A DNA stretch of 33,566 bases from positions 1 through 33,566 of the IMG/VR virus record IMGVR_UViG_3300025389_000059. One strand, written 5' to 3'. The notes beneath the pieces were generated by a model, which made no database searches, was not told the DNA's origin, and was given only the letters and a program-made list of their open reading frames with translations. The position numbers were made by a program, and so were the translations under genes. This stretch comes from a virus (Duplodnaviria; Caudoviricetes). Positions 1-7,900 of the stretch are shown here, piece by piece; within the stretch, counting starts at the first letter, position 1, and every line of letters starts with the position of its first letter.

Positions 1-45
1 GGAACTGGATGTACAATAACCATAAGTGGCGGTCAAGGCACGTAA
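1..45 (+). CDS. 3' end of an upstream gene (partial; ...GTGCTITISGGQGT*), probably a small virion protein
   Basis: Frame 1 is open from the window edge to TAA at 43-45; same orientation as the structural module. Confidence 0.5.
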   Translation, partial: GTGCTITISGGQGT

Positions 46-128
46 TTATTGAGGTTGGCTTCTATGATTAAACGCTATAACATGATATTATATTTCAAAA
101 ACAACAATTGCTTTTTTAAGGACTAATT

Positions 129-1856
129 ATGGGTAGACTAGTATCTTCGATATTACCAGCAGCGGTTATGACTGCAATGGGGCAACCAGAAGGTGCTGTA
201 TTAACAGATGCTGGTGTTGTAGGGGGCACAGGTGAACTAGGTAGTTCTTTACTTACTACAGCAGGTGGTTTAGGTGCATTAGGTTATGCAGGTACTGCAC
301 CATTAGTATTAAGTGGTTCTGAGCTAGCTAATACAGGATTATCTGGACTTGCTTCTACTGCTCCAGAAGCTATAAATGCCTATACTAATGCAGCTAATAT
401 AGCAAATACAGTAGATACAGCAAATGTTCCTTCTATGTTAGGAAGAGATGTTGGTAGTTTTGTAGGACAAGGTGCACCTTATACAGGTGGCATATCTAAT
501 ATTCCTCAAGCTGAAATAAATCCTTATACAGGTAATGTAGCTTTAAATCCTCAAAGTCCAGGCGTGGGTGTTAATTTATCTAACGTAGCAGGACAAGGCA
601 TTTCTAATGCTGCTGTTCAACAAGCTATTCCTGCGGCTGAATCATCACTTCCATATGTTGGACAAGACTACCTTACTCAAAATCTTCCTAAATCAGCATT
701 CGATGTTGGTGCTCAAAAAGGTTCTGGTTTATTTGGTGGTATTAGTGATTGGTGGAATGGATTAACTCCGTTTGAAAAAATGATGACTCAAGTGGGTGTT
801 GGTACAGGAATTAGTATGGCAACTAGACCTAGCAATAGTGCATACCCTACATTTGGGTCTAAACCTGTTATGGCACATACACCTGACCCTAATTTAAGAA
901 CAGCTCCAGTACAAAGAGTATTTACTCCACCTGCTTATCCAACTTATGCATCTGGTGGTATTGTGGCTTTTGCTCCAGGCGGTCAAGCGATGTCATCATC
1001 TCCATTAGATGGTAAAGCTATGGGTGCTAATCAAAATCAAATGTATCCTCAAAGTCAACAAGAACATACTTATTTTGCAACACCTACTCAAATGCCTACA
1101 AGTGCTGAAGTGGTAGGTTCTGATTATGATCCTAAAACAGATGCTTATACAGGCATGGTAACTCAACCTATGGCAAGCGGTGGTATTGCTCATTATGCTA
1201 CAGGTTCAACTACAACTACAGAAGTACAAGACCCAACAGATAGCTATGATATTTTTAAAAATGTTCATGACACATTACATCCAGCTAATAAAGCAAAAGA
1301 TTTTTCTACTAAAATGCCAGATGTAGGTATTTATCATGACACAGATACCGATACTAGAAATGTTTTGAACCCAGCAAAAGCATGGGCAATTAGACAAAAT
1401 AAACAAAATATTATTGCGGGTATGCCAAAAGGAATCCCTGGTCAAGAATCAAGATTAGTAGCATTACAAAACACACCTGAATTAGGATCAATTGATTTAA
1501 CACCTGCTCAAAATCCATTAATTGAAGCCCAACAACAAGCTAAACAAGCAGCAAGTGGTGGTATTGTAGGTTATAGTTTAGGTGGCTACGCAAGTGGTGG
1601 TAATCCTAGATTATTAAAGGGTCCAGGCGATGGTATGAGTGACAATATCCCTGCTACAATAGCGGATAGACAACCAGCAAGATTAGCAGATGGTGAGTTT
1701 GTAGTACCTGCTGATGTAGTATCTCATTTAGGTAATGGCTCAACAGATGCTGGTGCTAAAAAACTACATACAATGATGGACAAAGTACGTATAGCAAGAA
1801 CAGGTAAAAAGAAACAAGGGACTCAAATTAATCCCGATAAATACTTACCTGCATGA
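129..1856 (+). CDS. Internal virion / DNA-ejection-associated protein, Gly/Ala-rich, with repeated ASGG motifs
   Basis: 575 aa; RBS AAGGA at 118-122; four ASGG motifs; C-terminal GPGDGMSDNIPA...LADGEFVVPADVV block resembles the GPGTxTSDSIPA...LSxGEFV motif of phage tape-measure/internal proteins. Confidence 0.7.
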   Translation: MGRLVSSILPAAVMTAMGQPEGAVLTDAGVVGGTGELGSSLLTTAGGLGALGYAGTAPLVLSGSELANTGLSGLASTAPEAINAYTNAANIANTVDTANVPSMLGRDVGSFVGQGAPYTGGISNIPQAEINPYTGNVALNPQSPGVGVNLSNVAGQGISNAAVQQAIPAAESSLPYVGQDYLTQNLPKSAFDVGAQKGSGLFGGISDWWNGLTPFEKMMTQVGVGTGISMATRPSNSAYPTFGSKPVMAHTPDPNLRTAPVQRVFTPPAYPTYASGGIVAFAPGGQAMSSSPLDGKAMGANQNQMYPQSQQEHTYFATPTQMPTSAEVVGSDYDPKTDAYTGMVTQPMASGGIAHYATGSTTTTEVQDPTDSYDIFKNVHDTLHPANKAKDFSTKMPDVGIYHDTDTDTRNVLNPAKAWAIRQNKQNIIAGMPKGIPGQESRLVALQNTPELGSIDLTPAQNPLIEAQQQAKQAASGGIVGYSLGGYASGGNPRLLKGPGDGMSDNIPATIADRQPARLADGEFVVPADVVSHLGNGSTDAGAKKLHTMMDKVRIARTGKKKQGTQINPDKYLPA

Positions 1857-2263
1857 TACAGTTACAAACGGTTCCAGTAGAGTATCTCTACCAAGTATGG
1901 CCTATTGTAGAGCCATGGCTTAATAAATCATTAGAAGTTACTACAGATGACATCAATGTAGATCAGTTAAAAGTTTGTTTAATTAATAGATATCAAACAT
2001 TATTAATTGCTGTAGATGATAATAAAATTATAGGAGCTGGGACAGTACAAATAGATAACTTCCCAAATAACAGAGTATTATCTATCACTGCGTTAGGTGG
2101 TAGAAATATTGTAAAATCAGAAGTATTTGAGCAATTAGAAAAATGGGCTAAGTCCCAAGGCGTTACAAAAATAAAAGCTTCTGCAAAAGAAGCACAGGCA
2201 AGATTATATAAAAAAGTAGCAGGGCTAAATCCAGTCATGCACGATATGGAAAAATCAATATAA
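1853..2263 (+). CDS. GNAT-family acetyltransferase (virion-module associated)
   Basis: 136 aa; ATGA overlap with the previous gene; GNAT-like pattern (IIGAG strand, ITALGG, LEKWAKSQGVTKI, ARLYKKVAG); position next to ejection genes is typical of podoviruses. Confidence 0.7.
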   Translation: MIQLQTVPVEYLYQVWPIVEPWLNKSLEVTTDDINVDQLKVCLINRYQTLLIAVDDNKIIGAGTVQIDNFPNNRVLSITALGGRNIVKSEVFEQLEKWAKSQGVTKIKASAKEAQARLYKKVAGLNPVMHDMEKSI

Positions 2264-2275
2264 GGTTATTTAGAT

Positions 2276-4924
2276 ATGTTTAAATTTAATTTACTTACTT
2301 GGGTTACAGACTTAATTAGCTTCTTTACCTTTTGGGGTGATGGAGGTGGCGGTGGTCAATCTGCGCCTACAACTCAAACTGTACAACAGTCAAATATTCC
2401 TGACTATGCTCAACCTTATGTTGAAAAAATGCTTAATGCAACTGAGAACCAAGTATATACTCCAAGTGGTGCATTACAACCCTATCAACCTTATAGTACT
2501 AACCCAGCAGATTATGTAGCAGGGTTTTCTCCTTTACAACAGCAAGCTCAATATAATGCTGCTAATCTTCAAACACCTGGTCAAATTGGTGTAGGTTCTA
2601 ATCTTGCATTACAAAGTGGACTAGGTTCAATGGGTCTAGCAGGGCAAGCATCGCAAGCTGGACAAAATTACAATCGTATGGCAACTAATCCATACGCAAC
2701 ACAAGCATTTATGAATCCTTATTTGCAAGCTTCATTAGCTCCACAATTAGCTGAAGCTCAAAGACAATATGGTATTACAGGTGCTCAAGAACAAGCTCAA
2801 GCTACGGCTGCTAATGCATTTGGTGGTACACGTGAAGCATTAATGGCTGCTGAAAATGAAAGAAATAAAAACTTGGCCATGAATCAAATTATAGGTCAAG
2901 GCTATAACAATGCTTTCCAAGCAGCTCAACAAGCTCAACAATTTGGTGCTAACTTAGGACTACAAGGTCAACAAGCTGCACTTCAAGGTATGGGTCAAGC
3001 GGGTCAAGCTGGCGCTACATTAGGTCAATTAGGTGGCCAACAGTTAGCTGCTCAACAAGGTATTATTGGTACTCAAGCTACACAAGGTGCTCAACAACAA
3101 GCACAGCAACAACAAATGATTAACCAAGCTATTCAAAACTACGCAACAGCACAACAATATCCTCTTATGGAACTTGGTACTTTATCCAATATGTTACGTG
3201 GTTTACCGATGCAAGCTGCGACAACACAAAACTATCAAGCTGTGGCTAATCCTCTTGTATCAGGTATTGGTATGGCAGGTACATTAGCTTCGTTAGGAAA
3301 CTATGCTGGAGCAGGTGGTACTAAAACAGGTGCTAGTGGCGGTATCATGGAAGCTGATAAATATTATGTTGGCGGTGAATTAAAAGCTAAATATGATGAG
3401 ATGGACTATGATGAACTAAAAGCTTTAGATCAAACTGCTACTGGTGAAAAGAAAAAACTTATTAATGATGTATTAGCAACCAAAGCTCCTAAAATGGCTA
3501 GTGGTGGTATCGTTGCATTTAAAGATGGCGATAAGGTTACAGCTGATGATAAAGCTACTGCAGATTATGAAGCATGGCAATCACAAGCTAATCCAGCCGT
3601 AACTACAGGTCTTGAAGCTTTATTCCCTCCTAGTTTATTAGTTACTGATAATCCTATTAAAGCTGGTATTAAAGATGTTCTTAGATATCCGTTTAAAGGA
3701 ACTATAGGCGGTGTTGATGATAGCGGTAAACCTGTAACTAGAGAAGAAAAGTATGGCATTCATCCTTATTTAGATGAATATAATGCTCGTCGTAATGCAG
3801 ATATTGCAGATAAAAATGCAGCTGCTAGAGATATAGCTCAACAGTTAGAAAATCAAAAGGCTGTTGAAAGACAAAAAGCGGCTTTAATTGGAGCTCCTGT
3901 AGCGCAAGATGTTAAAGTAACGCCTCAAGATGTTGGCTCTAATATGACTCCGTTTTCATATAATTATAATGATCCAACAAAAGCATTAGTTGATGCAACA
4001 GGTCAAAGTGTAGCTAATATTGCACCTCCTCAAAATTTAAGTGCTCCAAATCAAACTCAAGCTACACAAGCTACTAATAAAGCAATCTATCAAAATCCTA
4101 TAGACTACTTAACTAAAGTAAATCAAATGGGAGAAGAGGCTAGAAAAGCTGAAGAAGCTAGATACCTTAAAGAAGTAAAAGATGCACCTATGTCTGAAGA
4201 AGGTCAAAAATACTATAACACAGTTAAAGATAAAATTGATAATGCTAAGACTAAAGATGAACAATTAATGTGGATGCATTCTGCTATGTTCTTTGCTAAA
4301 CTAGGTACAACACCTGGCCCATTATCTTATGCTATGTTATCAGCAGTTAAAGATCAATTGCCTTTATATGTTAAAGATAAAAACGATTTAGAAAAATATA
4401 ACGATCAACTTAATAAATCATTATATGAAATTTCTAATGCTGAACTTCTTAAACGTCAAGGTGAATTTAAACTTGCTCAAGAAGCAGAAACTAACGCTAA
4501 GAAGAATGCTATTGAAACTATTAAAACAGGTATTGAAGAGCAACATTATAAACATGCTGATGAAGCCGCTCTTATCCATGCTAATGCTGCAATGAAAGTA
4601 GCTGAGTCTGGTCAAGGTATTAAAGAAGGTAGATTAGATTTGCAACAACAAGCCGCTATTGATAAAGATATTAAAGATAATTGGGGGGATAGTACTAGTA
4701 TGAATGCAATTCAATTATCTAATCTTCAAAATAAAAAAACTATGGGTACTATTAAACCAGAAGAAGAGAAAAAATTAAATGCATTATTAACAGCTAAAGA
4801 AAAAATTGTTAAAGATGCTTATACTAGATTTGCTCCTAATGTGCCTTATACTCCTTCAGTTAATATAGCACCTACTCCTACTACAGATTACTCTAAATGG
4901 GGTCAAGTTAAAGTAGGTTCTTAA
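2276..4924 (+). CDS. DNA transfer / ejection (pilot-like) protein
   Basis: 882 aa; hydrophobic leader, then GDGGGGG-S-TTQT-IPDYAQPY; Gln/Ala/Gly-rich helical half containing AFGGTR; charged coiled-coil C-terminal half; two ASGGI motifs. Confidence 0.65.
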   Translation: MFKFNLLTWVTDLISFFTFWGDGGGGGQSAPTTQTVQQSNIPDYAQPYVEKMLNATENQVYTPSGALQPYQPYSTNPADYVAGFSPLQQQAQYNAANLQTPGQIGVGSNLALQSGLGSMGLAGQASQAGQNYNRMATNPYATQAFMNPYLQASLAPQLAEAQRQYGITGAQEQAQATAANAFGGTREALMAAENERNKNLAMNQIIGQGYNNAFQAAQQAQQFGANLGLQGQQAALQGMGQAGQAGATLGQLGGQQLAAQQGIIGTQATQGAQQQAQQQQMINQAIQNYATAQQYPLMELGTLSNMLRGLPMQAATTQNYQAVANPLVSGIGMAGTLASLGNYAGAGGTKTGASGGIMEADKYYVGGELKAKYDEMDYDELKALDQTATGEKKKLINDVLATKAPKMASGGIVAFKDGDKVTADDKATADYEAWQSQANPAVTTGLEALFPPSLLVTDNPIKAGIKDVLRYPFKGTIGGVDDSGKPVTREEKYGIHPYLDEYNARRNADIADKNAAARDIAQQLENQKAVERQKAALIGAPVAQDVKVTPQDVGSNMTPFSYNYNDPTKALVDATGQSVANIAPPQNLSAPNQTQATQATNKAIYQNPIDYLTKVNQMGEEARKAEEARYLKEVKDAPMSEEGQKYYNTVKDKIDNAKTKDEQLMWMHSAMFFAKLGTTPGPLSYAMLSAVKDQLPLYVKDKNDLEKYNDQLNKSLYEISNAELLKRQGEFKLAQEAETNAKKNAIETIKTGIEEQHYKHADEAALIHANAAMKVAESGQGIKEGRLDLQQQAAIDKDIKDNWGDSTSMNAIQLSNLQNKKTMGTIKPEEEKKLNALLTAKEKIVKDAYTRFAPNVPYTPSVNIAPTPTTDYSKWGQVKVGS

Positions 4925-4926
4925 TT

Positions 4927-7900
4927 ATGCCAACCTATTCCATCCAAGGTCCTGACGGTAAGACTTACTCGATAGATGGCCCTGAGGGGGCTAGTCGTGA
5001 GCAAGTTATTGATGCTATTCAAGCTAAGTTAGCTGCGCCTACACCACAACCAGAACATGCTGGCATATTACGCCGTGTTGGTGATATTGGTATTAGTGCT
5101 CTTCAAGGTGTCGCTGCTCTCCCAGAAGTTGCTACAGGTCTTGCTGATATTCCTACATTTGGTGTAGCAGGTAAAGGCGTTGAAGAAGCAGAAAAAGCTA
5201 TATTTGGTGGTACTACTAAAGACCTAAGAGCTAAACTCCAAGAATACAAATCTGAAGATCAAAAAGCTGCTGAACAAAAAGTAGCTGAAGCTAAAGGCTT
5301 TATGCCAACTTTAGAAGAGTATGTTAAAAATCCTTCCGCAATTGCTGATGTTGTAGCTCAATCTGCCCCTACTATGGTAGGCGGTGCTGGTATTGCACGT
5401 GGTATTCTTGCTAAAGCTGGAGAAAAAATCGCACCTAGCGTCGCTGCGGCAATCGGTGAGGGTGCTGTTACATCAGGTCAAATCGCAGAGCAAATCAGAC
5501 AAGATTCAGAAAATGGTTTACTTAGCCCTAAACAAGCTGCCTTATCAACTTTAGCTGGAGCATTCACAGGTGGCCTAAGTAAATTTGGTAGTATCGTTGC
5601 TAATAAACTAGGTACAGAAAACGTTGAAACAATCTTAGCTGGCGGCACTATGAACAACGCAGCTAAACAACATGTACTTGCAGCAGCTATCAAAGGCGCA
5701 CTAAACGAATCTGTATTTGAAGAGCTACCACAATCTATCCAAGAACAAGTTATGCAGAATTTGGCTGAGAATAAACCTTGGGATGAGGGTATTGCTCAAC
5801 AAGCTGCCGCAGGTCTATTGGCAGGCGCTGCTATGGGTGGTCCAGCTAGTTTACTCATGCAAGCTAAAGTTAATAAAGATATTGCAGAACAAGCTAAACC
5901 TAAACTATTAATGCCTCCTAAAGAGGAAGAAGTTACAACAGAAGAAGCTCCGAAAGAAGAAGTAAAAGCTGAAGAACCTAAAGTAACTAATTTAAGTAAT
6001 CTAGTTAATACAACTAAAGTTACTCCAGAAGAAATTAAAGCCGAAGAACCTAAACTAGAAAAAGAGGTTAAAAATGAGCCAGGAATTATACAGACAGTCG
6101 TTAACGAACCAGCAGTTGGAACTAGCACTACAGTATCTGGAGAATCCAGCGATGGAACTACCGCAGTCACTACAACAGCTGACAGAACTGGATTGGCTGG
6201 GGCTACAAGTAGTGTTGGAACAACTGAAGGAAGAGCAGAAACAAAGCCCGCTCCATTAGAAGATAAAGAAAAACAAGCTAGACGCATTCAGTTAGAAGAA
6301 GCTAATAAACTTTTTGAAATTAGAGATAAAGAGGAAAAAGAAAACCTAATAAATGAAGCAATGGCTAAATATGGGTTAACTCGTGAGCAAGCTGAAAGAC
6401 GAGTAAATTTACCGCCTGTACCTAAAATAACACAAGAACAATATGATAATCTGCATGAATACCTTACAACAGAAAGTCAATATGGTAGAGGAGCCCCGCT
6501 TAATAAAGAGCGTGGTATCGAGTCTGCTGCTATGGAAGATGTATTTCTTAAACGAGACTTAAGAGATGTAAAAGGTTTTGAAAAAGCATTAACTAAATTA
6601 GCAGAAGAAAAAACTACTGCAGCTCATGAAGCAAGAGAAGCTGAGATTCAAAGACTAATTAATGAAGAAGGATACACTGAAACTTTAGCAAGAGGAGAAG
6701 TAGGTAATACTAACGACAAATATTTTATAGGTAAAAATAAACGAGAAATATTAAACTACTCTAAAGAAAGACCCTATGAACTATTTAATTATGATACAGA
6801 ATCAGGTAAATCAATTGAACAACAATATTTAGATTTACAAGAAGAGTACGAAGGTAAGAGAAAACCGTCTAAAAATCAATTAAAAGAAGCTGAGTTACGT
6901 AAAAGTTTTAGAGAAAGCCTATCACCTGAAGACAAAGCTAAATATGACCAAAACGTAAAAGATAATTTAGCAAAAGAAATTCAATTAAATCGTCAAGCTA
7001 TTGAAGAGGAAAGAAAACCTACTAAGACTGCTGAAATAGTTGAAAAAGGTAAGACTTTAACTACAGCTCCTTATATTGAACAGCATGGTTTATTTGCCGT
7101 AGCTAATCATATTTCCGATAGAATAAAAGAACTTAATGGTAAGTTTCCGACTATTAATTTTGGTACCGTGCCTAATGGAAGACCAGGCATGTTTGACCCT
7201 AAAACTAATACTGTAACCATTGATAGAAATAATTTAAAAGGAGTGTCTGAAGATCAAGTTCTTGTCCATGAGATGGGCCACTATTTACTTGACCATATTA
7301 TAGATAATAGAAAAGTTTTAGGTGCAATATCTAAAGAACAAAAGAATGCTATATTTAGATTAGAAAATCTACGCAAACAAGTTGTAAATAAACTAGGTAA
7401 AAATGCATTTGATATTCCTACAGTAAAAGAATTTGTATCTGAACTATTAAGCAACCGAGATTTTCAACATGCCGTAGCCTCAATCGAAGGCGAAAAATAT
7501 AAACCTAAAAAAGGTTTAGTGCGTAAAATTGCGGAAGCAATCCTAGATGCATTAGGTTTAGAAGGATTGAAACCAGTTATCCTTGAAGAATCACTAGATT
7601 TAATTGAAAGTATTATTACAGATAAGGCTTATAGATTACCTACAAAAACAATGACAGGTAAGAAAGTTTCATTTGCTCCTGAAGCTAAAAAGGCTGAAGA
7701 AAAACCTGTACGTGATTTTATACAAAGAGCTAAAGACTTAGCTCCTAAAGAATATCATAAACCTACCATAACTGATGTTGTAAGAAAAACATTCTATGGT
7801 GAGCAGGCTGCTAATGAACTGGTTAAAAAATTCCAAAATGATAGATTTCCTATTAAAACTTGGCAGAAGATTATTGAAAAAGCTGGCCTTAAAAGAGTAG

